Below, in pieces: positions 37,301 through 46,716 of a stretch of 64,000 nt of DNA. This DNA is from Nitrososphaeria archaeon (lineage in GTDB: Archaea > Thermoproteota > Nitrososphaeria > Nitrososphaerales > JACAEJ01): the NCBI GenBank assembly GCA_029775925.1, contig JARVKB010000012.1, positions 3,577 through 67,576 of the forward strand, in the 5' to 3' direction. Position 1 is the stretch's first letter, and each line of letters starts with the position of its first letter. Made by a program: the position numbers and the translations under genes. The notes under the pieces were generated by a model. The model was not told the DNA's origin and made no database searches. It worked only from the letters and a program-made list of their open reading frames with translations.

Positions 37301-38857
37301 TTGGGAAAGATTGCGACTGTTTTAATCTTCAAGATAAAGCAGTACTTTGGCCCTCTTAGATCATCAAGAGCCAGCCTTATTTTAGGTATCTTAACCTTCT
37401 TAGGTCTTAATTCTATGGTTTTTTTCTTTGGCATAAATTTGCCTGATATGCCTTTTTGGACAGAACCTAATCACTTAATTAATATACTCTCAGCCTTCTT
37501 TTCTGTGTTTCTTGCAATGAGTCTAATAATGAGCTTGAGAGGAGGCGTTACAGCCTTTCAATCAGAGTTGGATTTCTTTTTCACATCACCAATAAAGCCA
37601 AGACAGTATATTTTGTCAGACTTAATCTTCCAATTCATAGTCCTTCATCTTCTATTTTCTCCTTTCGTTCCTCTTATAATAGGATTGGCTTTAAGGTTAG
37701 GCATAACTGCTATGACTGCTTTAATTACATCTCTCATCTATGAAATGTTTGTCTTCTTAGTGCTATTAAGTATGCAATCTCTCGGTATTTTGAGTCTTAT
37801 TGCCCCATACAAGAGAACTAAGGTGTTGATTATATCAATAATAATAGTTCTTCTTTTGCCAAGCTTAAGTTTTATACACTTTTTTCCTTTTGAATATTCT
37901 GATTTACCATATCCATCTACTTTTGCAGCAAAAGTGATCATTCACTTATTGAATCAAAGTCCTGTTGAACTGTTAAATATATACTTTTTAGGAGTCTTCA
38001 TTGTTGTTGCTTTTATTTTCCATTATATAGTATCAAGAAAGGATCTTTTTTACTATGTAAAACCAACCGTGATGCTATCCTTTTTCGAAAGCAGGCCTCA
38101 AGCTCAATCTATTCAACAAAGGAGAATGTTTGAGAGGTTTGGACCCATCACGACCTTTCTGACTTTAGACCCTACAAAAGGTTCATTGATAAGCTTTATG
38201 ATAAAAAAGCATTTTATACGTATAATCAGAGATGGAAGCTTGCTCCCATTGATAATATTATTCATAATTTATGGAGCAATTAGTGTTTTATCCTTGAATT
38301 TTTCATCAACTCCAAGTGCAAGAGAAATTGAATCGATTCTTTTCACTTTAACCTTTTACAGTGCTTTAGTTCCTTCTATGTTAGCTATGTCATGGAATTC
38401 TTATGAGAGAGATAATTTATGGATAATTTTGACTTCTGGTGGGCGAATAGTTGATTACTTCAAATCCTTTTTTGTAGCTCTTTTAGTGCTTGCTCTGATT
38501 TTTCCATGGGGATTTTTAATCACATCCCTTCTTTTTATTGGCTTATCGTCTTTATGGCTCATATTATGTGCACTTGCTATTGCTTCCTTTTCTTCTGCCT
38601 TTGCGATTCTAACTCTAATCTTGATAAGTGTGCCCAAAGAAGGTAGTTTGTCTGCTAGTTACTTTTTTGTTATAATCTTGCCAATAATTGGTGCTTATAT
38701 TGGCGCTTCACCATTTTTAGCTATGCTCGTAATGGTTTCAGACTATCCTATCCATTTCCAACTATTGTTAGCTTTAATTCTAATAATTTATTTAGCATTA
38801 GCCCTATTCGGATTTTTAAAGTTAATCGAGATAAAGGCTAAATCGATTAGGATATGA
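37301..38857 (+). CDS. Large polytopic membrane protein, putative permease partner of the ABC ATPase
   Basis: 518 aa with at least 12 hydrophobic segments. The TTG start abuts the ATPase stop. No family motif recognised. Confidence 0.5.
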   Translation: MGKIATVLIFKIKQYFGPLRSSRASLILGILTFLGLNSMVFFFGINLPDMPFWTEPNHLINILSAFFSVFLAMSLIMSLRGGVTAFQSELDFFFTSPIKPRQYILSDLIFQFIVLHLLFSPFVPLIIGLALRLGITAMTALITSLIYEMFVFLVLLSMQSLGILSLIAPYKRTKVLIISIIIVLLLPSLSFIHFFPFEYSDLPYPSTFAAKVIIHLLNQSPVELLNIYFLGVFIVVAFIFHYIVSRKDLFYYVKPTVMLSFFESRPQAQSIQQRRMFERFGPITTFLTLDPTKGSLISFMIKKHFIRIIRDGSLLPLIILFIIYGAISVLSLNFSSTPSAREIESILFTLTFYSALVPSMLAMSWNSYERDNLWIILTSGGRIVDYFKSFFVALLVLALIFPWGFLITSLLFIGLSSLWLILCALAIASFSSAFAILTLILISVPKEGSLSASYFFVIILPIIGAYIGASPFLAMLVMVSDYPIHFQLLLALILIIYLALALFGFLKLIEIKAKSIRI

Positions 38858-38860
38858 TTA

Positions 38861-39448
38861 TCATCTGATAATTAAAATCCTATCAAGCATACTATCAAGC
38901 TCATTAAGAAAATTGGAGAACTTGTCGATTGGTACTATAGGAACCTTGCTTATAAAGAGTTCTTGCTCATTATATAGTGTGACTATTACAGGAATTATGT
39001 ATGATACATTAAACTTTTTAGCTTCATCACTCATTATAAACTTCTTAACTCTTTTTATCTGGGCATCTACTATTTTTGACATAATTGATAATCCTATCGA
39101 GCGATACCAATGTTTACAATCTATCGCTAAACCCTTTTCATCTTTAAATGCTAATACATCTATCTCAATCTTAGAATTTTTTAGTCTAAAATTCTTATGG
39201 ACTATGTAACTATTATAAATCATTATGGTAGAGATGAATTCCTCAAAATCTTTCCAGCTTAAAGCTTTCGAGACTTCATCTATACTTGAACCAAGTTTTA
39301 GTGCTAAAATTGAAGTTAATAACTTTCCTCCTTTATTAAATTGAACAATATTCCCATTTATCTTAGCTATATTCTCTTTCTCAAGAAAAATCAATACCTC
39401 TTTTAAAACTTCTAAACTCAACCCACTTTTAGAAGCAATTTCCATCAA
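38861..39448 (-). CDS. wHTH domain fused to an Mrr-like PD-(D/E)xK restriction-endonuclease-fold domain
   Basis: FEEFISTIMIYNSY...KIEIDVLAF...GLAIDCKHW matches the Mrr catalytic core (D...(D/E)xK). The N-terminal wHTH may extend upstream, as the frame is open to 39553 with no canonical start. Confidence 0.55.
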   Translation of the reverse strand: MMEIASKSGLSLEVLKEVLIFLEKENIAKINGNIVQFNKGGKLLTSILALKLGSSIDEVSKALSWKDFEEFISTIMIYNSYIVHKNFRLKNSKIEIDVLAFKDEKGLAIDCKHWYRSIGLSIMSKIVDAQIKRVKKFIMSDEAKKFNVSYIIPVIVTLYNEQELFISKVPIVPIDKFSNFLNELDSMLDRILIIR

Positions 39449-39588
39449 ATCATGCTTACCATTTATAATGAATGGAATTAGTTTATTTAAAATGGCAGGT
39501 CTCGTCTTAATCTCCTCTATCCGATTTTTCTTGAGCGTGATGTAAAAATTTATCTATTTAGCAATTAAGTTTAGGCTAGAATTATGGT

Positions 39589-40134
39589 ATGAGTAAAGAA
39601 AAATCTCAAAGTGATAGGAAAAGTTTGTTTAAAGTGTTAATTTACATCATGATTATCTTAGCCATAATGAGTATAGTTTGGCTACTGCCAAGAATCGCCT
39701 TAGGAACATACACACCTTTCTTCAGCGTATCGAGTGAGAGTATGGCTCCTACTTTGAATGTTGGTGATTATATAGTAGTTAAGGCTGAGCCTTTTGATAA
39801 TTTAAATGTAGGTGATATAATAGTATTTTATAGTCCATGGAAATCTAATGATATAATAGTACATCGTATCTATGATATTAGAATTTATGATGGAGAAAAA
39901 GTGTTGATAACTAAAGGTGATAACAATTATACTAATCCTGAGCCTGACCCATGGTATGTTAAGAAGGAGCATTATATAGGTAAGTACACAGGATTCAAGA
40001 TTCCTTATTTGGGCTATCTTGCTTTATTTTTCCCTTATCCTGTTAATTATTTATTAATCGTATTTATAATTGTGATGATATTTATTATGGAACTATCATA
40101 CAGAAAAAATGAGAAAGAAGATAATTATAATTAA
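39589..40134 (+). CDS. Signal peptidase I, archaeal/eukaryotic type (S26B)
   Basis: 181 aa. N-terminal TM, catalytic Ser box SSESMAPTLNVGDYIVV, His box IIVHRI, GDNN box, C-terminal TM. Confidence 0.85.
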   Translation: MSKEKSQSDRKSLFKVLIYIMIILAIMSIVWLLPRIALGTYTPFFSVSSESMAPTLNVGDYIVVKAEPFDNLNVGDIIVFYSPWKSNDIIVHRIYDIRIYDGEKVLITKGDNNYTNPEPDPWYVKKEHYIGKYTGFKIPYLGYLALFFPYPVNYLLIVFIIVMIFIMELSYRKNEKEDNYN

Positions 40135-40170
40135 TCGATAGTATTTAAATAATAGTTAGTTATAAATGAG

Positions 40171-40737
40171 ATGATCGTCTTGCCTCTTACAAAATCTATT
40201 GTAAGTATAGAAAATGTAGTTGCTTCTGCTACTGTTAATCAAACTATCGATTTGAACAACATCACAAGACTTTTCCCAGATGTCGAGTATCGCCCAGACC
40301 AGTTCCCAGGACTTGTATTCAGATTAAAGGCACCTAAGACTGCTACTCTTATCTTTAGTTCTGGTAAAATGGTATGCACAGGCGCAAAGTCCGAAGATCA
40401 AGCTATAAAAGCAGTCAAGACAGTTGTCAATAAACTAAGGAAAGGTGGTGTTGAAATAGTTAATGATCCAATCATAGAAATACAGAACATAGTTGCCTCG
40501 GCAAGTCTTGGTGGGAAGGTGCATCTTGAAGAGGCAGCCAGGATACTGGAAAGATCTATGTATGAGCCCGAACAATTTCCTGGCCTGATCCATAGGATGA
40601 TCGATCCTAAAACAGTTATATTATTATTTGCGAGTGGGAAGCTTGTCTGTACTGGTGCTAGGAAAGAAGCTGATGTCTATAAAGCTGTTAACAACCTCCA
40701 TAGCTTACTTGAGGAAAAAGGATTGATGATCTACTAA
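40171..40737 (+). CDS. tbp: TATA-box-binding protein
   Basis: Two direct repeats: ENVVAS...QFPGLVFRL...SGKMVCTGAKS and QNIVAS...QFPGLIHRM...SGKLVCTGARK. Confidence 0.95.
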   Translation: MIVLPLTKSIVSIENVVASATVNQTIDLNNITRLFPDVEYRPDQFPGLVFRLKAPKTATLIFSSGKMVCTGAKSEDQAIKAVKTVVNKLRKGGVEIVNDPIIEIQNIVASASLGGKVHLEEAARILERSMYEPEQFPGLIHRMIDPKTVILLFASGKLVCTGARKEADVYKAVNNLHSLLEEKGLMIY

Positions 40738-41372
40738 CCTTTTTTTACCATACTATATATTGCCTTTCTTTGATCCTCTTCAATTACGCTCATATCATAA
40801 AGTAAGTCTGCAAGTTCGGTTATCTTGGCAAGAGCCTTAAGCTTGATATTTGATGTTGCTAATTTTTCTTTCCCTCCTTCCATCCTATCTATAAGGACTA
40901 AAGCATCTTCGACTAATCCTCCTTCGTTTCTTATAGCTTCCGCCGCTTTTAGAATTGAATTACCCGTGGTTATAAGATCATCTATAATTAAAACTCTCCA
41001 TCCTGGCCTTAATAGTCCTTCAACTCTTTTCTGAGTGCCATGCTCCCTTAACTCTTTTCTAACATATAGAAGAGGCTTCTCAAGCTTATATGCTATAACT
41101 GTAGAATAGGTTAGCCCCGCAGTAGGTATCCCGCTGATGGCATCTATTCTATCCAAATTCACCATATTCTTGATGGCATCGATAAAGATGTCTGTTATCC
41201 TTTTGAAGACCTCAGGAAGACTGGGCACTATGCGAAGATCAATATAATAAGAGCTCATCTTCCCACTTGTAAGGGTAAAAGTTCCAAATTTAAGGGCGCC
41301 TATTTTGACGAGAACTCTCCCAAGCTCTTTGATCAATTCTAGCCTTCTACTATCCCAACTCAAAAGAATCAC
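40734..41372 (-). CDS. pyrE: Orotate phosphoribosyltransferase
   Basis: FTLTSGKMSSYYIDLR and PRPP-binding loop VLIIDDLITTGNS. Confidence 0.8.
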   Translation of the reverse strand: MILLSWDSRRLELIKELGRVLVKIGALKFGTFTLTSGKMSSYYIDLRIVPSLPEVFKRITDIFIDAIKNMVNLDRIDAISGIPTAGLTYSTVIAYKLEKPLLYVRKELREHGTQKRVEGLLRPGWRVLIIDDLITTGNSILKAAEAIRNEGGLVEDALVLIDRMEGGKEKLATSNIKLKALAKITELADLLYDMSVIEEDQRKAIYSMVKKG

Positions 41373-41419
41373 TTCCCTTTCACTATTTATTTATATCCAG
41401 ATAGTTTAACTTTTTGTAA

Positions 41420-42583
41420 ATGGAAATCTGGTTACCTTATGGTCAAATTGAAGTTGCTGTTGATATAAAGGCTGAAAACTTGGCAGAAATCTTAGAGCCA
41501 GGTTTACAAAAAATCGATGATAGCTCGATTTATGAAAGATTAGATAGCATTGAGATAAAAGAAAAATCGATGATAATAGTGTCTGATATCACAAAAGCAA
41601 CATTAAAAATTTTGAAGGCTTTCATAGATTTACAGATAGAGAAGGGTAGGTCGAAAGATGTTATTGTCGCTGTTCGGAAAAATCATATCAAAGTTGTGAG
41701 AAAGGCTCTCGAAGGAAAGTTCGAGGATGTTTTCGCTATTGAAGAGCCTTATGTAAATTCTGGTATAGCTGATGGTTTCCAAGTTAAAGTGCCAAAGATC
41801 TTTACAGAATATAGACGAATGATGATATCAGAAGTTTGCTTCGACCCACTTTTCGGTTTTGGTGGAGGACCTGTATCTCTAATTAAAACTATAGACCTTA
41901 AATTAGTAGAAGAAGCATTTAAAAGGCGTCTCGATGATAATCCTAAACCCGGTCTGGATACAAACGCCTCTTGGTTTGCATCAAGAGTGGCAGAAGAAAT
42001 CGGATCGTTCACATCCATAGAAATATTAAACACGAGAGGTGAAGTCTCAGAAATATTTATTGGCGATTTAATCGACACTCACTCTAAAGCATCAAAAAAG
42101 CTTTATGAATCCTCGAAGAAGATTTTAAGTCAACCAGCTCGTGCAATTTTTATGGGTTTAGGTGACTCTTCAAAGAGCTTAACCTTGTCTTCCTCATTAA
42201 AATCCCTTTGGAATGTTATAGGTTGTCTTGATGCAAAAGGTATAGTTGTTCTTTTAGCAGAGTGTTCAGAAGGTCTAGGTTCTGAAGCCCTAAGACTTTA
42301 TGTAACTGATAGGTTAAAGTTAGAAGAATTAGTTAAGCATGGCAAGTACGTGGAAGGTTTAGAAGATTTATTGTATCTTAGGAATACTTTACAATCACAA
42401 CGTAATGTTGTGCTTATATCTACTCTACCAAATTATTATATTGAAACAAAACTAGGATTACGTACTTTTAAGAAATCTAGCGATGCTTTATATTATATAA
42501 TAAATAATCTTGGGACAAGAGTGAAGATATTTGTGATAATCGATGCATTTAACACTCTTTTGACCGCTCAAAATCATCGATAA
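41420..42583 (+). CDS. LarA-like (DUF2088, lactate racemase N-terminal domain) family protein
   Basis: 387 aa. The start MEIWLPYGQIEVAVDIKAENL resembles the LarA N-terminus. I could not confirm the Ni-pincer ligand residues by eye. Confidence 0.4.
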   Translation: MEIWLPYGQIEVAVDIKAENLAEILEPGLQKIDDSSIYERLDSIEIKEKSMIIVSDITKATLKILKAFIDLQIEKGRSKDVIVAVRKNHIKVVRKALEGKFEDVFAIEEPYVNSGIADGFQVKVPKIFTEYRRMMISEVCFDPLFGFGGGPVSLIKTIDLKLVEEAFKRRLDDNPKPGLDTNASWFASRVAEEIGSFTSIEILNTRGEVSEIFIGDLIDTHSKASKKLYESSKKILSQPARAIFMGLGDSSKSLTLSSSLKSLWNVIGCLDAKGIVVLLAECSEGLGSEALRLYVTDRLKLEELVKHGKYVEGLEDLLYLRNTLQSQRNVVLISTLPNYYIETKLGLRTFKKSSDALYYIINNLGTRVKIFVIIDAFNTLLTAQNHR

Positions 42584-42585
42584 AT

Positions 42586-43671
42586 TTAGAGATAGGTAGG
42601 TATAGGGGCTAGAAGAATTATGAGAAATATTATAAATATAAAGATGTATTTCCTTCCTTTTGATATAGATGTAACATCGTCCAAAGGTCTTATCTCTATC
42701 CTTCTCATAGATAAAATTAGTAAAACCAGAGCCATTAACCAAAATCCCAGTAATATTAGCACTAATATGCTTATAGTCGTAGCTATATCATGCTTTTTTC
42801 TTCCTAACACGGCCCTTGCAATATGCCCTCCATCGAGTTGCCAAGCTGGCAATAAATTGATGAAGGTTATGATGAAGCCAAGCCATGTAGCAAAGCCTAA
42901 AGGAGAGAGAATTATCTCTTCTTGAGTTCCTCCTATAATTGTGAATATCATCATCATTATTAGACTAACGTTTAACGGTAGGGTTTGTGTCTCATTTATT
43001 GGTAAAGAAGTCAATGGTGTAGAAGTTAAGACACCGGGGATAGCTATTATCAAAGTTATAATGAGTCCTGCTATAGGACCTGAAATTCCGAGATCGAAAA
43101 GAGCATCCCTATTTAAAGGAGGTTCTTCAGAAGTTATGATGGCTCCAAAGGTTGGTAAATAGCCTGGCAAACCTGGTATAAAGTATGGAAGTGATGATTT
43201 AACACCATATAAAGATGATGCTATCATATGTCCAATCTCATGGAATCCTATAATTCCTATTACCGCGAGCACGTAAAATAAAATAAATAGTAAAGGATCA
43301 AGCTTAAATTCAGAGATTTCCATGAAGGATTTTACACGTAACCAACCATCGATTGTGATAGTAATTAAAACCATTAAAAAAAGAATCAAAGGTTTTCTTT
43401 TACTATAATGAATTCTATGTGTGATTTTTCTTACTGAGATTATTAAATCATTATTCGATTTCCTTAAAAAAGCGATAAAATTTTTTAACTTAAGTTGCTT
43501 TACTATATCTGCAAAACTTTTTTTTAAATCTTTTACAGTATCGACCTTAAATTCTATGATATTATCATTTCTGATATAATAGTCTTTAACAATGAAACTT
43601 GAATTAATAATGTTTAGAATCATATCATAATCAGATAAAACATTATCTTCGCCCTTTCTCATACAAATCAA
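42586..43671 (-). CDS. M50 site-2 protease family membrane metalloprotease
   Basis: 361 aa. HEIGHMI (HExxH) in a TM segment and NLLPAWQLDGGH. Confidence 0.8.
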   Translation of the reverse strand: MICMRKGEDNVLSDYDMILNIINSSFIVKDYYIRNDNIIEFKVDTVKDLKKSFADIVKQLKLKNFIAFLRKSNNDLIISVRKITHRIHYSKRKPLILFLMVLITITIDGWLRVKSFMEISEFKLDPLLFILFYVLAVIGIIGFHEIGHMIASSLYGVKSSLPYFIPGLPGYLPTFGAIITSEEPPLNRDALFDLGISGPIAGLIITLIIAIPGVLTSTPLTSLPINETQTLPLNVSLIMMMIFTIIGGTQEEIILSPLGFATWLGFIITFINLLPAWQLDGGHIARAVLGRKKHDIATTISILVLILLGFWLMALVLLILSMRRIEIRPLDDVTSISKGRKYIFIFIIFLIILLAPIPTYL

Positions 43672-43722
43672 TTTTCTTTTCCAACTTTTAAAGTTTAAAA
43701 CCTATATATTATAAAAATCTAT

Positions 43723-44226
43723 TTGATAGGGTTGCAGAAGCTACATCTTAAGATAGGTGATTATGTTATAAGGAATTGTAGCAAAGAAGATCTACCTTCT
43801 GTCATTTCGATAAACTTAGTTAGCTTGCCAGAGCATTACTCAGACATTTTTTTTGAAGAAATATTAAATGAGTTACCTGAAGCTTTTCTAATAGCTGAAA
43901 AAGATGGCGTAGTAGTTGGCTATATAATGTGTAGAATTGAGTATGGATTATCTGTCCTTCATAAGTTTGGATTAGCTAGAAAAGGACATATAGTTTCTAT
44001 AGCTGTTTTAGAACAACATCGCAGAAAGGGATTAGGTTATGGTCTAATCAAAGAAGCATTAAAAGCGCTGAAGAACAAAAACTGCTCAGAAGTCTTTCTT
44101 GAAGTAAGAGTGTCTAATTTAGAAGCTATAAAACTTTACGAAAAGCTTGGTTTTAAAGTAATATCTAAGCTAAGATGGTACTATAGAGATGGAGAAGATG
44201 CATATTTGATGGGGAGAGCTTTATAA
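43723..44226 (+). CDS. GNAT N-acetyltransferase (RimI/Ard1-type protein N-terminal acetyltransferase)
   Basis: 167 aa. Acetyl-CoA motif IAVLEQHRRKGLGYGLI, LEVRVSNLEAIKLYEKLGF. Confidence 0.75.
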   Translation: MIGLQKLHLKIGDYVIRNCSKEDLPSVISINLVSLPEHYSDIFFEEILNELPEAFLIAEKDGVVVGYIMCRIEYGLSVLHKFGLARKGHIVSIAVLEQHRRKGLGYGLIKEALKALKNKNCSEVFLEVRVSNLEAIKLYEKLGFKVISKLRWYYRDGEDAYLMGRAL

Positions 44227-44289
44227 ATTTATTGTGATATACATTGTAATAGATAATCAAATAATATGCTCATATATTTTTAAATTATT

Positions 44290-44778
44290 TTACTTTTTAT
44301 TATCTAAAAAGTAAAAATTAGCATTAAGTCCTAAATTATTATAAGCATCAAGAATTTTTTTAACTATATCGTTCAAATCGTTCATCATATAATACAGATG
44401 GCTTTTACACGCTTCTTTACAATCACTAGCTCCAAATCCTTTTATGGGCTTTGCGTTTAAATTGGTTATTTCTTTTATAATCTTGCATTCATATTTCTTA
44501 TTACTTTTTGCGTAAATTACTACTTTTATGGATGAATATTTACTCTCTAAAAAATAATCTATATGCCAAAAGCATTTCTTATCTTTCTTTAAATGTCTCT
44601 GAACCCTTCCCACCAACCCCCCTGAACCCAAAGCTGAGCCAGTATAAACATACCATCCTTTTTTAAATTTTAATGAACCTAAGCATCCTACTTTTAAATT
44701 AATTCCTTTAGCTAAGTTCATTATGAGCGTGTATACTCCTTTATCTTTCTTGTTTTCTAAATCTATCTGTATCATCAT
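44290..44778 (-). CDS. DUF123 protein (GIY-YIG/URI nuclease superfamily)
   Basis: 162 aa. GVYTLIM...G.LGSLKFKKGWYVYTGSA...RVQRHLKKDKKCFWHIDYFL is the DUF123 pattern. Confidence 0.65.
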   Translation of the reverse strand: MMIQIDLENKKDKGVYTLIMNLAKGINLKVGCLGSLKFKKGWYVYTGSALGSGGLVGRVQRHLKKDKKCFWHIDYFLESKYSSIKVVIYAKSNKKYECKIIKEITNLNAKPIKGFGASDCKEACKSHLYYMMNDLNDIVKKILDAYNNLGLNANFYFLDNKK

Positions 44779-44907
44779 TAATTGCTAAACTTTCGATGAA
44801 TATATAGGCAAACTCTTTTCCGGTATTGCTAAATTTATAAGATCTTTTTAAAAATTTAATTCTTATAACCTTTAATTCGTCTAGAATTCAAATTATCCTT
44901 GGGAAGG

Positions 44908-45933
44908 TTAATAAAAAATAGGATGGGTCACATCTTCCACTTTGTCAATATATGTTATATTTAAAGCCTTGTCAGGATCTATGATCAGTCTCGGTTTTCC
45001 TAGCGCCTCAAACCTAAAAAGAGCAGATTTGAACCAGTAAATTCCAGGATTCTCATCGATTTGAAACTTGAGTTTTGTAGTAAACTTCTCATAATTTATA
45101 TTCCCATATCTTGTTGGATATCTTGAAAACCCTCTAATTATATCGGTTAATACACAGTTCATTTTTGTAAGAATTTTCTGTATCTTTATCCATTTTTTAT
45201 AGGAAGCTTCGGCTGTCGATAGTCCAAAATAACCTACTCCTTCATCCCTCAGGCAAGAGACTCCCCTTATAATAAAAGCTTTGAGACCACTTATTGTTTC
45301 TAAAGGTTCTGAAGAGAAGACATCAAATTTACCAATTAAATTTCTTGGCAATGGGTCCGAGACATCATATTTTTGAAAATTGATTTCTAATCCATAATCT
45401 TTATTTACCTTTTTTATGAACTCCCCGATTCTTTCATCAACATCTAAAACGAGCACTTTTGACGGAAGTTTCGTTAAGGATAAAGCTATACTTAGTAAGT
45501 CGTCATCACCTAATAATAGAAACTCTTTATCCAGAAGATCGTTATAGGAATGCATTAAAGCAACCCTTGCGATCACATCGTATTCCCTCATGTAACCTTG
45601 GTAAAATTCTAAGTTTGGGATAGGTCTCTCTCTAACAATTTCTTTAAACCGTTCTAAAATTTCCTTAAATTTACCATTGAATAATATTCTTTTTCCTTCA
45701 CATTTTTCACAAATCTTATTCTCAAAATTTATGCCTTTTTTGTTAACTTTCTTCATTCCTTTATCTGTTAAATAGACTTCACCATCTTTTATAGCAATTA
45801 AACCCTCTTCGTAAAGACTGTTTATGGCTTCCAAGAAATCCCTTAATGTATAATGGGTAATATCAAGTAATTCCCAGAAAGATTTATTTGATTTTACTAA
45901 CTCATAAAGTATTTGCATTCTGGCTTTGTTCAT
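44908..45933 (-). CDS. bpsA: N4-bis(aminopropyl)spermidine synthase (branched-chain polyamine synthase, DUF43)
   Basis: 341 aa. N-terminal wHTH-like, CEKCEGK Zn-ribbon-like, LLLGDDDLLSIAL, FDVFSSEP. Immediately downstream of speH. Confidence 0.65.
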   Translation of the reverse strand: MNKARMQILYELVKSNKSFWELLDITHYTLRDFLEAINSLYEEGLIAIKDGEVYLTDKGMKKVNKKGINFENKICEKCEGKRILFNGKFKEILERFKEIVRERPIPNLEFYQGYMREYDVIARVALMHSYNDLLDKEFLLLGDDDLLSIALSLTKLPSKVLVLDVDERIGEFIKKVNKDYGLEINFQKYDVSDPLPRNLIGKFDVFSSEPLETISGLKAFIIRGVSCLRDEGVGYFGLSTAEASYKKWIKIQKILTKMNCVLTDIIRGFSRYPTRYGNINYEKFTTKLKFQIDENPGIYWFKSALFRFEALGKPRLIIDPDKALNITYIDKVEDVTHPIFY

Positions 45934-46276
45934 ATATATTCCTTTTCAAAATCTTCTTCTTAATAATTTTGGGCTTGAACTCTTTAACTAAAAGTTCAAA
46001 AGCCTTGTAGGCAAGTTTGTTAGAACCACATGTAAAAATATCTAAAGCGATATATCCGTGTTCAGGCCATGTATGCACACTTAAATGTGACTCTCTTAAA
46101 AGGTACACTGCAGAAACTCCATAAGGTTCGAATTGATAGAAATTTGAAGAAATGACCTTTAGATTAGACTCATAGATTACTCTATCAAAAATATTGCGAA
46201 CTATTTCTACTCTTGAAATCTTCTCGGGATCCACCCCGAGAAGTTCGGCAATAATGTGGATGCCCATCTTGAACAC
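45902..46276 (-). CDS. speH: S-adenosylmethionine decarboxylase proenzyme (pyruvoyl, SpeH type)
   Basis: 124 aa. Self-cleavage site and core LRESHLSVHTWPEHGY, DIFTCG. Confidence 0.85.
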   Translation of the reverse strand: MFKMGIHIIAELLGVDPEKISRVEIVRNIFDRVIYESNLKVISSNFYQFEPYGVSAVYLLRESHLSVHTWPEHGYIALDIFTCGSNKLAYKAFELLVKEFKPKIIKKKILKRNIYEQSQNANTL

Positions 46277-46505
46277 CCACTACTATTGCAAAATTTTCAT
46301 AAATTTGTAAATTATTGAGCCGAGGACCCATAGAGGTTTTGAACCCTCTTATCTTATTAGATAAAGGTAATACAATTTTTATAAAATTTTCGTAAGACTC
46401 CTTCGATAACTCTTCATGAAGAATGGATTAGATAATATTTGGTAAAGGAAAGGAGATAAAGATGCACTGAACAATTTTTCCATACTATCTGCACTAAAAT
46501 CTATA

Positions 46506-46522
46506 GGGAGGGATTTGAACCC
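46506..46522 (-). other. tRNA T-arm/3'-end-like fragment (GGGTTCAAATCCCTCCC on minus strand), not a complete tRNA
   Basis: Canonical T-loop TTCAAAT flanked by GGG/CCC, but I could not build the rest of a cloverleaf. A related element AGAGGGTTCAAAACCTCT lies at 46332-46349. Confidence 0.3.
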
Positions 46523-46716
46523 ATTGCCAACTGAAAAAGCATCTCCCATAAAACCCTTTTCTTTTTATACTTTAAAAATAAATAAAAATACAATTGTATC
46601 GTTATAACTTCCTAGATTTGCCTATGAAATAATGTTTGGCTACTATAGCAAAAGGTAATTCTTAATAATAAAAGATAGTCAAAAATTAAATAGATTATTT
46701 TAATTATTTTAAAAAG

